From positions 32,001 to 96,000 of the forward strand of contig JAULAX010000007.1 of the NCBI GenBank assembly GCA_032654565.1: DNA of 64,000 nt, written 5' to 3'. Position numbers and translations under genes: made by a program. Every line of letters begins with the position of its first letter. Position 1 is the stretch's first letter. Source of the DNA: Anaeromyxobacteraceae bacterium (lineage in GTDB: Bacteria; Myxococcota; Myxococcia; Myxococcales; Anaeromyxobacteraceae). The notes under the pieces were generated by a model. It did not search any database, was not told where the DNA came from, and was given only the letters and a program-made list of their open reading frames with translations. Of the stretch, positions 1 to 11,283 are shown piece by piece.

Positions 1-43
1 CCGCGGTCCACGTCATCCGGCGGGCCTGCTAGAGTTCCGCGCC

Positions 44-1255
44 ATGCCCAGCTACCACGAGGCGCGCCGCATCATCCTCGAGCAGGTCGCGGTCCTGCCG
101 GCCGAGGAGACGCCGCTGCTCGGCGCGGTGGGCCTGGTGCTGGCCGCCGACGTGACCATGCCCTGGGACCTGCCGGGCTGGGACAACTCGGCCATGGACG
201 GCTTCGCGGTCCGCTCCGCCGACTGCACCGGGCCGGCCCGGCTGCGGGTGACCGGCTACATCCCCGCCGGCGGCCTGCCGGCCGGGGCGGTCGGGGCCGG
301 CGAGGCGGTCCGCATCATGACCGGGGCCCCGGTGCCGCCCGGCGCCGACGCCATCGCCCCGGTGGAGGACGTCGAGGAGGCCGGCGACAGCATCCAGCTG
401 CGGGCCGCGGTCCGGCCCGGCGCCCACGTCCGCCGCCGCGGCGAGGACCTGCGCGCCGGCGAGGTGGCGCTCCCCGCAGGCACCGTGGTCGGGCCGGGTG
501 AGGTGAGCGTGATGGCCTCGGCGGGCCGGCTCTCGGTGCCGGTGATCCGCCGGGCGCGCGTCGCCATCCTCTCCACCGGCGACGAGCTGGTCGAGCCCGG
601 CCAACCGGTCGGCCCGGGCCAGGTCTGCGACAGCAACGGGGTGGCCCTGGCCGCGGCGGTGCTGCTGGCCGGCGGCCTGCCCATCCCGCTCGGCATCGCC
701 CGAGACGACCGTCCGGCGCTGCGGGCGCTGCTGGCGCGCGGGCTCGAGGCCGACGCCCTGGTCACCTCGGCCGGCGTCTCCGCCGGGGACCGGGACCTGG
801 TGAAGGAGGTCCTCGACGAGCTGCAGGTGCGCCAGCTCTTCTGGAAGGTGGACATCAAGCCCGGCCGCCCCACCGCCTTCGGCGTGCGCGGCCGGACCCC
901 GGTCTTCTCCCTGCCCGGCAACCCGGTCTCCTCCCTCCTCACCTTCGAGCAGTTCGTCCGCCCGGCGCTGCTGCGCATGATGGGCCACCGCCAGGTGTAC
1001 CGGCCGCTGCAGCCGGCCCTGCTGCAGGAGCCGCTGGGCAAGGCGCCGGGGCGGGTCAACTTCGTGCGGGTGCGCCTCTCGCGCCGGGCCGACGGCGCGC
1101 TGCTGGCCACCACCGCCGGCAACCAGGAGACCGGCATCCTCAAGACGCTGCTCCGCGCCGATGGCCTGGCCATCGTCCCGGCCGAGCAGGGGAGGCTGGA
1201 GGCCGGGCAGGTGGTGATGGTCCAGCTGCTCCGCTCCGACCTCCAGGAGCCCTGA
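44..1255 (+). CDS. moeA: Molybdopterin molybdotransferase MoeA (gephyrin-like)
   Basis: SAMDGFA, IMTGAPVP, STGDEL, PGRP and LPGNPVS motifs. Confidence 0.95.
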   Translation: MPSYHEARRIILEQVAVLPAEETPLLGAVGLVLAADVTMPWDLPGWDNSAMDGFAVRSADCTGPARLRVTGYIPAGGLPAGAVGAGEAVRIMTGAPVPPGADAIAPVEDVEEAGDSIQLRAAVRPGAHVRRRGEDLRAGEVALPAGTVVGPGEVSVMASAGRLSVPVIRRARVAILSTGDELVEPGQPVGPGQVCDSNGVALAAAVLLAGGLPIPLGIARDDRPALRALLARGLEADALVTSAGVSAGDRDLVKEVLDELQVRQLFWKVDIKPGRPTAFGVRGRTPVFSLPGNPVSSLLTFEQFVRPALLRMMGHRQVYRPLQPALLQEPLGKAPGRVNFVRVRLSRRADGALLATTAGNQETGILKTLLRADGLAIVPAEQGRLEAGQVVMVQLLRSDLQEP

Positions 1256-1256
1256 G

Positions 1257-1652
1257 GTGGGCGAGGGCCAGGCCAGGGCCACGCTGGGGCCCGCGCGCGC
1301 CGTCGGGATCACGCTGCGCACCGCCCACCTGCTGGCGATGGCGGCGCTGGCGGGTGGCGCCTGGGCCGGGGTCCCGGCCGGCCAGCTCGGCGGCGCGGCG
1401 CTGGCCACCGCCTTGACCGGCCTGGCGCTGCTGGCCAGCGAGGCCAGCCACAGCCGCCACTGGGCCTACCAGGTGCGCGGGCTGCTGGTGCTCGCCCACA
1501 CCGTCGCCTTCGGCCTGGCGGCCGTCCTCGGCCTGGCCTCCGCCTGGGGGCCGGCCGCGCTCACCGGCGCCCTGGTGATCGGGGCGGTGGGCAGCCACCT
1601 CCCCAAGGGGCTGCGGGCCTGGTCGCTGCGCCACCGGGCCGTGGTCGACTGA
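1257..1652 (+). CDS. Small hypothetical membrane protein (about 4 TM)
   Basis: 131 aa, hydrophobic; GTG start 1 nt after the moeA stop. Confidence 0.65.
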   Translation: MGEGQARATLGPARAVGITLRTAHLLAMAALAGGAWAGVPAGQLGGAALATALTGLALLASEASHSRHWAYQVRGLLVLAHTVAFGLAAVLGLASAWGPAALTGALVIGAVGSHLPKGLRAWSLRHRAVVD

Positions 1653-1754
1653 CGGCGCGGCCCCTCGCCGGGCGAGGCCGGGGCCCCGCCCCCGAGCCTT
1701 CAGGCCGGGGGGCTTTTGGGATACGCTTTCGCCTCGGAAAGAGGGAGAGACCAC

Positions 1755-3647
1755 ATGGCTCGCAGCCTCAGCGGAAAGATCCTCCACGTCGACCTGACCC
1801 GCGGCGCGCTCACCACCGAGCAGCCCCCGGAGGCGTTCTACCGGACCTACGGCGGGGGCAGCGCCATGGGGCTCTACTACCTGCTCCGCGATCTCCCCGC
1901 CAAGACCGACCCGCTCGGCCCGCAGAACATCCTCACCTTCTTCACCGGCCCCATCACCGGCCTGCCGGTCTCCGGGCAGTCGCGCATCTGCGTCAACGCC
2001 CTCTCGCCGCTGAGCGGCGGGATCGCCGACAGCCAGGCGGGCGGCTTCGCCCCGGCGGCCCTCAAGTTCGCCGGGTTCGACGGCATCGTGGTGAAGGGCG
2101 CGGCGGCGAAGCCGGTCTACCTGCTGATCACCGAGGGCAAGGCCGAGCTCCACGACGCCGCCGGGCTGTGGGGCAAGGACACCGCCGAGGTGGACCGGCT
2201 GCTGGAGGAGAAGCACGGCAAGGTGGAGGTCATGCAGGTCGGCCAGGCCGGCGAGAAGCAGGTCCGGCTCGCCGCCATCATGAACATGCACAACCGCGCC
2301 AACGGCCGCACCGGGGTGGGGGCGGTGATGGGCTCGAAGCGGCTCAAGGCCATCGTGGTGCAGGGCAAGCTCCGGGTGCAGGCCGCCGAGCCCAGGGCGC
2401 TGGCCCGCCAGAACAAGGAGGGGACCGCCAACGTCGAGGCCATCCCCGACATGAAGGGGCTGGCGCTCAACGGCACCGCCGACGTGGTCCCGTTCCAGCA
2501 CTCCATCGGCTCGCTCCCCTCCTTCAACTACAACGAGGGGACCTTCGAGAAGTACATGGACATCAGCGGCGAGCGGATGCGCGAGACCATCCTGAAGGAG
2601 CGCGACACCTGCTACGCCTGCACGGTGCGCTGCAAGCGGGTGGTGGAGACCGAGGCGCAGGGCCACAAGGTCGACCCCACCTACGGCGGGCCCGAGTACG
2701 AGACCCTGGCCACCTTCGGCAGCTACTGCGGCATCGCCGACCTCGGCGCCATCGCCCTGGCCAGCCAGCTCTGCAACCTCTACGGCCTCGACACCATCGG
2801 CACCGGCGCCACCATCTCCTTCGCCATGGAGTGCTTCGAGAAGGGGCTGATCACCGCGGCCGACACCGGCGGGCTGGAGCTGAAGTTCGGCAACGCCGAG
2901 GCCATGGTCGAGATGGTGCGCCAGATCGGCGAGCGGCGCGGCTTCGGCGACGTCCTGGCGGAGGGCTCGGCCCGCGCCGCCGCGAAGATCGGCCGGGGCG
3001 CCGACGAGTGCCTGGTCACCTGCAAGGGGACCGAGGCGCCGGCCCACATGCCGCAGGCCAAGAAGTCGCTGGGGCTGATCTACGCGGTCAACGCCTTCGG
3101 CGCCGACCACCAGTCCTCCGAGCACGACCCGCTCTACGAGGACGGGGTGGGCGAGTTCTACCTGAAGCGGCTGGCGGCCCTCGGCCTGACCACCCCCCAG
3201 CCGCCCGGCAGCATGACCGACGAGAAGGTGCGCTACGCCTGGCGGACCCAGTGCTTCTACTCGGCCATGGACACCTACAGCCTCTGCCAGTTCGTCTTCG
3301 GGCCGAGCTGGGAGCTCTACGGCCCGGTCGAGACCGCCGAGATCCTCGCCGCCGGCACCGGCTGGGACGTGACCGTGGAGGAGATCCTCAAGGTGGGCGA
3401 GCGCCGCCTGGCCATGATGCGGGCCTTCAACGCCCGCCAGGGCTTCACCCGCAAGGACGACACCCTGCCGAAGAAGTTCTTCAAGCCGCTGCAGGGGGTG
3501 GGCCCCACCGCGGGCGTGGCCTGGAAGGAGTCGGACCTGGAGCAGGTGAAGGACGTCTACTACCGGCTGGCCGGCTGGGACGTGGCCACCGGCAACCCCA
3601 CGCCCGCCAGGCTGGAGGAGCTGGAGCTGGGCTGGCTCAACCGGTAG
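1755..3647 (+). CDS. Aldehyde:ferredoxin oxidoreductase (tungstopterin AOR/WOR family)
   Basis: GRTGVGAVMGSKRLKAI, CxxCxxxC (CYACTVRC), PEYET, GLDTI, SLCQF; purine-rich RBS before ATG 1755. Confidence 0.93.
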   Translation: MARSLSGKILHVDLTRGALTTEQPPEAFYRTYGGGSAMGLYYLLRDLPAKTDPLGPQNILTFFTGPITGLPVSGQSRICVNALSPLSGGIADSQAGGFAPAALKFAGFDGIVVKGAAAKPVYLLITEGKAELHDAAGLWGKDTAEVDRLLEEKHGKVEVMQVGQAGEKQVRLAAIMNMHNRANGRTGVGAVMGSKRLKAIVVQGKLRVQAAEPRALARQNKEGTANVEAIPDMKGLALNGTADVVPFQHSIGSLPSFNYNEGTFEKYMDISGERMRETILKERDTCYACTVRCKRVVETEAQGHKVDPTYGGPEYETLATFGSYCGIADLGAIALASQLCNLYGLDTIGTGATISFAMECFEKGLITAADTGGLELKFGNAEAMVEMVRQIGERRGFGDVLAEGSARAAAKIGRGADECLVTCKGTEAPAHMPQAKKSLGLIYAVNAFGADHQSSEHDPLYEDGVGEFYLKRLAALGLTTPQPPGSMTDEKVRYAWRTQCFYSAMDTYSLCQFVFGPSWELYGPVETAEILAAGTGWDVTVEEILKVGERRLAMMRAFNARQGFTRKDDTLPKKFFKPLQGVGPTAGVAWKESDLEQVKDVYYRLAGWDVATGNPTPARLEELELGWLNR

Positions 3648-3692
3648 CGTCGCACCGGCTCGCTGGCACCGCGGGGTGGGCGGAGGAGCAGC

Positions 3693-3926
3693 ATGAAGGT
3701 GTCCGTCGTCCTGCACTCGTACCTGCGCGAGCTGCTGCCGCCCGAGGCCCGGGGGACGGCGGTGCTCGAGCTGCCCGACGGGGCCAGGGTCGAGGACGTG
3801 GTGGCCAGGCTGCACCTGCCCGGCCACGTCATCTTCGCGCTCAACGAGCGGCTGGAGCGGGACCGGTCGCTCCCGCTCAAGGACGGCGACGCGCTGCGGT
3901 TCCTCCGGGCCGGGGCCGGCGGGTAG
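3693..3926 (+). CDS. MoaD/ThiS-family sulfur carrier
   Basis: 77 aa, LKDGD motif, C-terminal GAGG; GGAGGAG RBS. Confidence 0.88.
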   Translation: MKVSVVLHSYLRELLPPEARGTAVLELPDGARVEDVVARLHLPGHVIFALNERLERDRSLPLKDGDALRFLRAGAGG

Positions 3927-3962
3927 GGCCGGCCGGAGGGCGGCGGCCGAGGGGGCGGGAAC

Positions 3963-4187
3963 GTGAGGATCAAGGTACGCTTGCACGGGGTCTTCCGGAT
4001 CGACCGCTTCAAGGAGGAGGTCCGCGACTACCCCGCCGGGACCACGGCCCGGGCGGTGGTGGAGCAGCTCCAGATCCCCACCCGGCTGGTCGGGACCGTC
4101 TTGATCGGGGGCGTGCATGCCGGCATCGAGGACCACCTGAAGGACGACGACGTCCTCTCCATCCTCCCCATCCTGGGCGGAGGATGA
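3963..4187 (+). CDS. MoaD/ThiS-family sulfur carrier
   Basis: 74 aa, ends ILPILGGG. Confidence 0.88.
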   Translation: MRIKVRLHGVFRIDRFKEEVRDYPAGTTARAVVEQLQIPTRLVGTVLIGGVHAGIEDHLKDDDVLSILPILGGG

Positions 4188-4250
4188 CGGCCGCGGCCGC
4201 CCACCCCTGACCTCCCGGCGATCCATCCCCCGCCACCACCCGAGCGCCCC

Positions 4251-6101
4251 ATGAGATCCCTCACCACCCACCCCGCCGCCGAGCCCGCCGCCGTGCTCTA
4301 CCGGCGCTGCACCGTCGACCTGCGCAGCGGCGCCATGAAGCACGAGGAGGTCCCCTGCCGGAACCTGGAGGACGTGCTGGGGGGCTTCGGCCGCTCCTTC
4401 CAGCTGCTCGCCGAGCGCAAGGTCACGGAGGCCTACAGCGACGCCAACCCGCTCATCGTCAACACCGGCCTGCTCACCGGCACCAACGCCATGACCGGGC
4501 TGCGCACCTACTTCTCCGGCTACAGCCCGCTCAAGGGGTCGAAGCGGGGGCTGCCGGCGGCCATCTGGTCGGCGGGGAGCGGGAACTTCGGGGCCAAGTT
4601 CAAGTGGACCGGGCTCGACGAGCTGATCTTCGAGGGGCGCTCCGCCACGCCGGTCTACGCCCTGATCCGCGAGGAGGCCGGCACCCCGGTGGTGGAGCTG
4701 AGGCCGGCCGGCCACCTGCTCGGGCTGACCACCCACGACAAGATCATGGCCCTGCGCCAGGACCACGACGGCGCCCACTTCGCCGCCATCGGCCAGGCCG
4801 GGGAGCACTGGGAGACCAACTACATGGGGGCGGTGGCGCTCTCCACCGACAACCAGCTCCGCTCCGGCCACGACAAGTGCCGCTTCGCCGGCCGCGGCGG
4901 CATGGGCAGCCTGATGGGCTACAAGAACCTCATCGCCCTGGTGGCCCAGGTCGGCGACAAGCTCAAGCCGGTCTCCGAGGCGGTCAAGAAGGTGAACATC
5001 AACGTCATCAAGGGCGGCGGCTCGGCGCGCCTGCAGCCCATCAAGCGCGGCGGCGGCGGCGGGACCTGGGCCAACTACGACGTGCTGCAGGCCTTCCACG
5101 CCGTGCCCGTCAACAACTTCCGCCCCCAGGGGGACGACTCGCCGGAGCTGCTCTTCCGGGAGAACGTCGAGAAGGCCTACGACATCAAGTCGGAGGCCTG
5201 CTACCGCTGCGGCATCACCTGCCACAACAACGTCCACGAGAAGAAGGCCGACGGCGGCCGCGGCGAGTTCCTCGCCAAGTTCGACTACGAGCCGCTCAAC
5301 CTGCTCGGCACCAACCTCGGCGTCCACGACCCCGGCCAGGCCGCCCAGCTCATCAAGCTCTCCGACAACCTGGGGATGGACTCGATCACCCTGGGGGTGA
5401 CCGTCTCCTACGTCCTCTCCTGGAACCAGCGCCACCCGGAGAGGCCCATCCTCAACGGCGCCACCTTCGGCGACTTCGCGAAGATCAAGGAGCTGGTGGT
5501 GGGGGCGGGCGAGGGGCGGGTGCCGGAGGTGGGGCGGGGATCGATGCGGCTCTCGCAGGCCACCGGCGAGACCTCCTACGCCTACCACGTCAAGGGGCTG
5601 GAGCTCCCCGCCTACCAGCCCGAGACCAACCCCGGCTACGCCTGGGCCATCGCCGGCGGCCACATGTCGATGGCCACCTACGGCCTGCTGACCCGGGAGG
5701 GGAAGTCCGACCTCGAGTCCTGGGTCACCGGCATCACCCAGACCAAGCTCAACATCGTCGGCTTCGACATGATCGGGCTCTGCAAGTTCTTCGACATCGG
5801 CAAGGGGATCGGCACGCAGATGGTGGTCGACTGCCTGCAGAGCGAGTGCGGCCTGACCGTCACCACCGACGAGATCGCCGGCGCCGTGCGGCGGGCCTTC
5901 CTGCGCGGCCTGGCCCTGGAGCTGCGCCAGGGGTACACCAAGGCCGAGTTCACGCTCCCCGCCGAGGTGTTCGAGAAGCCGAACGCCCAGATCAAGCTCC
6001 CGCCGGTGGTGGCCTCCCCGGAGTTCTTCGCCGAGCTCTCGAAGCGGGTCTGGGCGGTCTTCGAGCCGGAGCTGGACGGGCTGCTCCCGAGGCTGGAGTA
6101 G
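4251..6101 (+). CDS. Second, divergent aldehyde:ferredoxin oxidoreductase family protein
   Basis: AGRGGMGSLMGYKNL, CYRCGITC, DYE, GMDSI, HVKGLELPAY, GLCKF. Confidence 0.88.
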   Translation: MRSLTTHPAAEPAAVLYRRCTVDLRSGAMKHEEVPCRNLEDVLGGFGRSFQLLAERKVTEAYSDANPLIVNTGLLTGTNAMTGLRTYFSGYSPLKGSKRGLPAAIWSAGSGNFGAKFKWTGLDELIFEGRSATPVYALIREEAGTPVVELRPAGHLLGLTTHDKIMALRQDHDGAHFAAIGQAGEHWETNYMGAVALSTDNQLRSGHDKCRFAGRGGMGSLMGYKNLIALVAQVGDKLKPVSEAVKKVNINVIKGGGSARLQPIKRGGGGGTWANYDVLQAFHAVPVNNFRPQGDDSPELLFRENVEKAYDIKSEACYRCGITCHNNVHEKKADGGRGEFLAKFDYEPLNLLGTNLGVHDPGQAAQLIKLSDNLGMDSITLGVTVSYVLSWNQRHPERPILNGATFGDFAKIKELVVGAGEGRVPEVGRGSMRLSQATGETSYAYHVKGLELPAYQPETNPGYAWAIAGGHMSMATYGLLTREGKSDLESWVTGITQTKLNIVGFDMIGLCKFFDIGKGIGTQMVVDCLQSECGLTVTTDEIAGAVRRAFLRGLALELRQGYTKAEFTLPAEVFEKPNAQIKLPPVVASPEFFAELSKRVWAVFEPELDGLLPRLE

Positions 6102-6106
6102 CTCGC

Positions 6107-6928
6107 ATGGCTCCCCTCGAGACCTACCTGTCGAGCCAGGCGGTCGGGGATCTGCTGCCCTGGACGGCGCAGCAGGCGGCCATGGCCCGTTTCGCCCTCG
6201 GCTGCGCCGAGGTGGAGGCGGCGGCCCTCGCCATGGGCCTGCTCCCGGCCCGCTACCAGCGCAACCGCCGGACCATCCCCATCGCCGGCCAGCTGAGGCT
6301 GCTGCGCAGCCGGGTGGCTGTGATCGGCTGCGGCGGCCTGGGGGGCTACGCCATCGAGCAGCTGGCCCGCCTCGGCGTCGGTCGGCTGGTGGCCATCGAC
6401 CCGGATCACTTCGAGGAGCACAACCTCAACCGCCAGCTGCTCTCCTCGCTGGCCGACCTGGGGAGGGCCAAGGTCGAGGTGGCGGTGGCCCGGGTGGCCG
6501 CCATCAACCCGGCGGTGGCGGTGACGCCACACCGTGTGGCGCTGGGGACGCAGAACGGTGCAGCGCTGCTGGCCGGCGTCGACGTGGTCATCGACGCCCT
6601 CGACAGCATCCCGGTGCGGCGGGAGCTGGCGGCGGTCTGCGGCGCCCTCGGCGTCCCGCTGGTCCACGGCGCCATCGGCGGGTGGTACGGCCACGTCGCC
6701 ACCCAGTTCCCCGGGGAGCGGACCATCGAGCAGCTCTACGGCAACGGCACCGAGACCAAGGGGATGGAGGTGGAGCTGGGCAACCCGTCCTTCACGCCGG
6801 CGGTGATCGCCAGCCTGCAGGTCGCCGAGACCTGCAAGGTGCTGCTCGGGGTGGGGCTGCCGCTGCGCGGCCGCCACCTCCACGTCGACCTCTGGAGCAT
6901 GGAGTTCCTCGAGCTCTCCAGCTCGTGA
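6107..6928 (+). CDS. ThiF/MoeB/HesA-family adenylyltransferase
   Basis: RYQRN, GCGGLG, DPDHFEEHNLNRQ, VIDALD; ATG 5 nt after the AOR stop. Confidence 0.9.
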   Translation: MAPLETYLSSQAVGDLLPWTAQQAAMARFALGCAEVEAAALAMGLLPARYQRNRRTIPIAGQLRLLRSRVAVIGCGGLGGYAIEQLARLGVGRLVAIDPDHFEEHNLNRQLLSSLADLGRAKVEVAVARVAAINPAVAVTPHRVALGTQNGAALLAGVDVVIDALDSIPVRRELAAVCGALGVPLVHGAIGGWYGHVATQFPGERTIEQLYGNGTETKGMEVELGNPSFTPAVIASLQVAETCKVLLGVGLPLRGRHLHVDLWSMEFLELSSS

Positions 6929-6934
6929 CCGCGC

Positions 6935-8317
6935 TCAGCTGGAGAAGCCGATCCCCATCTTCTCCAGCAGCCGGAGCATGACGCTGGGCTCCTCGCCCCG
7001 GTCCACCTTGCGCAGGTCGCGGGTCACCGCGTCCACCGCCCAGCCGCGCAGCGGCTCGGGCGGGTAGGGCATGGGCTTCCGGGTCACCAGCGACAGCGAG
7101 AGCAGCTCGCTGGGGCGCTCCAGCACCAGGTGGGCCAGGATCTTCCCGGCCACCCGGGTGCTCCCCAGCCCGTGGCCGGTGAAGCCGAGCCCGTACCAGG
7201 CCCGGCCGCCCAGCGCCTTGCCGAAGAAGGGGGTGAGCCGGGTGGTGGAGCAGATGGGGCCGCCCCAGGCATAGGGCCACTCGATCTGGGCCAGCTGCGG
7301 GAAGGTGCGCCGCCAGCTGGCCTGGAGCGCCTGGTAGTGGCGCGGCGAGTGATCGCAGGACTCGTCGACCCGGTTGCCACGGTAGTAGGTGGCCTCGCTG
7401 GTCCCCCAGAGCACCCGGCCGTCGGCGGTGGGGCGGTAGTAGTTGAAGAAGGTGCGGCCGTCGGTGATCCCCTGCCGCCCCTTCCAGCCGATCGACTCCC
7501 ACTGCGCGGCGCTGAGCGGCTCGCTGACCATGATGTAGTCGTAGAGCGGGATGAAGCGGTGGCGCACCTGCGGCAGCAGGTGGTGGGTGTAGGCGCTGGT
7601 GCCGAGCACGGCGCGACGGGCCTTGAGGGTGGTGCCGTTGGCGGTGAGCCGTACCCCGGCGCCGTCCTCCTCGATGGTCTCCACCCGGGTGCGCTCGAAG
7701 ACCCGCACCCCGAGCCGCTCGGCCTCGCGCCGCAGCCCGTCGGTCATGCGGGCCGGGTCCATGATGCCGCCGCCGCGCACCTCCAGGCCGCCGATGTAGA
7801 GCGGGGAGTGGACCTCGGCCTGCATCTCCTCGCGGGTGAGCACCCGGTGCGAGTCGATGCCCAGGCTCCTGGCGATGTCGAGGTTTCGCTGCGCCTCGAC
7901 CAGGTGGGCCTCGGTGAAGGAGGCCATGAAGCGGCCGGTGGGCTGGTAGTCGCACTGGATGTCGCGGTCGCGCAGGAAGTCGACCAGCTCCCGCACGTTG
8001 CTCTCGCCCAGGGCGGCCAGCCGCGCCGCCTCGGCCTCGCCGAAGTGCTGGATGGCCAGCCCGTGGGTGTGGTCGATGGTCTCGGCCAGCATGCCGGCGT
8101 TGCGGCCGCTGGCCCCCCAGGCGGCGATCCCCTGCTCCACCAGCGCCACCTCGCGCCCCGGGTCGAGCTCCTTCAGGAAGAGCGCCGTCCAGAGGCCGGT
8201 CAGCCCGCCGCCGATGACCACGATGTCGGTCTCGACGGGTGACTGCAGCGGGGTGACCTGGTGCCCGGGGAGCTGGGCCAGCCAGTAGCAGGCCTCTTCG
8301 ATGGGGCGGGTGGCCAT
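6935..8317 (-). CDS. FAD-dependent amine oxidoreductase (DadA/PuuB-like)
   Basis: GGGLTG, GASGRNAG, GFTGHGLG. Confidence 0.88.
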   Translation of the reverse strand: MATRPIEEACYWLAQLPGHQVTPLQSPVETDIVVIGGGLTGLWTALFLKELDPGREVALVEQGIAAWGASGRNAGMLAETIDHTHGLAIQHFGEAEAARLAALGESNVRELVDFLRDRDIQCDYQPTGRFMASFTEAHLVEAQRNLDIARSLGIDSHRVLTREEMQAEVHSPLYIGGLEVRGGGIMDPARMTDGLRREAERLGVRVFERTRVETIEEDGAGVRLTANGTTLKARRAVLGTSAYTHHLLPQVRHRFIPLYDYIMVSEPLSAAQWESIGWKGRQGITDGRTFFNYYRPTADGRVLWGTSEATYYRGNRVDESCDHSPRHYQALQASWRRTFPQLAQIEWPYAWGGPICSTTRLTPFFGKALGGRAWYGLGFTGHGLGSTRVAGKILAHLVLERPSELLSLSLVTRKPMPYPPEPLRGWAVDAVTRDLRKVDRGEEPSVMLRLLEKMGIGFSS

Positions 8318-8324
8318 GTGCGCC

Positions 8325-9656
8325 TCAGCCCCGCACGGCCTTGTCGGTGATCTCCAGGCCGCGGTCGATGATGGCCACCGCCTCGCGGAGCTGGGCCTCG
8401 GTGATGGTGAGCGGGGGGTTGGTGTAGAAGCTGTTCCAGCGCACCATGGTGTAGAGCCCCTCCTGGCGGAAGAAGCGCCCCAGCGCCGCCATCTCCTCGG
8501 AGGTGCCGTTGTAGGGGGCCATGGGCTCCATGGTCTTCCGGTCGCGCACCAGCTCGACGATCCCGAAGAGGCCGATGGAGCGCACCGCGCCCACCGAGGG
8601 GTGGCGGGCCGCCACCTCGGCCATCAGCCGCTTCATGACCAGGCCGGTGGCCTTGGCCTTCTCGATGAGCCCGTCCTCCTCGTAGACCTGGATGGCGGCC
8701 AGCGCCGCGGCGCAGCCGACCGGGTGGCTGTTGTAGGTGAGGCCGCCGTAGAAGACCTTGTCCTTGAAGTGGTCGGCGATGGCGCGGCGCATCCCCACCG
8801 CCCCCAGCGGCACGTAGGAGGAGGTCAGCCCCTTGGCCATGGTGATGAGGTCCGGGACCACCTTCCAGTGGTCGACCGCGAACCAGGCGCCGGTGCGGCC
8901 GAAGCCGGCCATCACCTCGTCGGCGATCATGAGGATGCCGTACTTGGTGCAGAGCGCCCGCACCCCCTCCAGGTAGCCGTCGGGCGGGATGAGGATGCCG
9001 TTGGTGCCGGTCACCGTCTCCAGGATGAAGGCGGCGATGGTGTGCGGCCCCTCCAGCTGGATGATCTCCTCGAGGTTGGCCAGCGCCGAGGCGGCGTCCT
9101 CCCAGCCGCGCTGGATGCCGTGGTACGGGTCGGTGACGCGGACCACCCCGGGCATGCCCGGCTCGGTGATCCAGCGGCGCGGGTCGCCGGTGAGGGCGAT
9201 GGCCCCGGCGGTGGCGCCGTGGTAGCTGCGGTAGCGGGCCATGATCTTCTGCCGGCCGGTGAACTGGCGGGCCAGCTTGATGGCGTTCTCGTTGGCCTCG
9301 GCGCCGCCGTTGGTGAAGAAGAAGACGTCGATGTCGCCGGGGCAGAGCTCGGCCAGCTTGGCGCCGAGACGGGCCCGCGGCGCGGTGGCCATGAAGGGGT
9401 TGGCGAAGTCGAGGGTCTCGAGCTGCGCGGTGATGGCCTTGATGATGCGCGGCTCACCGTGGCCGGCGTTCACCGACATCAGCTGGCTGTTGAAGTCGAT
9501 GAAGCGCTTCCCCTCCGGCGTGTAGAAGTAGATGCCCTCGGCGCGGGCCACCGGGATGGGGTCGACCTTGGACTGGGCCGACCACTCGTAGAGGGTGTGC
9601 TGCTTGGTGAGGGCGACGATCTGGTCGCCGCTCAGCGCGGTCGGCGTGGTGGTCAT
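8325..9656 (-). CDS. Class III PLP aminotransferase (omega-amino acid/beta-alanine/taurine type)
   Basis: SYHG, DEVMAGFGRTG, AKGLTS. Confidence 0.9.
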   Translation of the reverse strand: MTTTPTALSGDQIVALTKQHTLYEWSAQSKVDPIPVARAEGIYFYTPEGKRFIDFNSQLMSVNAGHGEPRIIKAITAQLETLDFANPFMATAPRARLGAKLAELCPGDIDVFFFTNGGAEANENAIKLARQFTGRQKIMARYRSYHGATAGAIALTGDPRRWITEPGMPGVVRVTDPYHGIQRGWEDAASALANLEEIIQLEGPHTIAAFILETVTGTNGILIPPDGYLEGVRALCTKYGILMIADEVMAGFGRTGAWFAVDHWKVVPDLITMAKGLTSSYVPLGAVGMRRAIADHFKDKVFYGGLTYNSHPVGCAAALAAIQVYEEDGLIEKAKATGLVMKRLMAEVAARHPSVGAVRSIGLFGIVELVRDRKTMEPMAPYNGTSEEMAALGRFFRQEGLYTMVRWNSFYTNPPLTITEAQLREAVAIIDRGLEITDKAVRG

Positions 9657-9670
9657 GTGGTGCTCCCTGG

Positions 9671-11164
<1,494 letters not shown>

Positions 11165-11207
11165 GCTCGTCCCTGCGCTTTCGGTGGGTGGAGGAGGCGA
11201 CCGGCCA

Positions 11208-11256
11208 AGGGTAGCGATGTGTAGTATATTAATCAAGTGAGTTGAGATATGGGACA
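11208..11256. promoter_or_regulatory. Divergent promoter/operator region between mmsA and the PuuR-like regulator
   Basis: AT-rich patch; minus-strand TTGATT-N17-TACCCT (11236-11208); imperfect palindrome TGTGTAGTATATTAATCA (11218-11235). Confidence 0.55.
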
Positions 11257-11283
11257 GTGGTCCCGCCCCGGAAGAGGAGCACC

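Noticed and set aside
1140..5663. 1507-aa minus-strand ORF, and similar giant ORFs at 15548-19273(+), 19879-22470(+), 27049-30225(+), 30637-33627(+) and 51581-54604(-)
   Set aside because: Antisense or off-frame shadows of well-supported genes, expected at this GC content; no recognisable motifs
3693..6928. MoaD/ThiS pair plus ThiF considered as a second protein-ubiquitination system
   Set aside because: No E2 or JAB nearby; the moeA and AOR context points to pterin cofactor sulfur transfer (SAMP-like conjugation not formally excluded)
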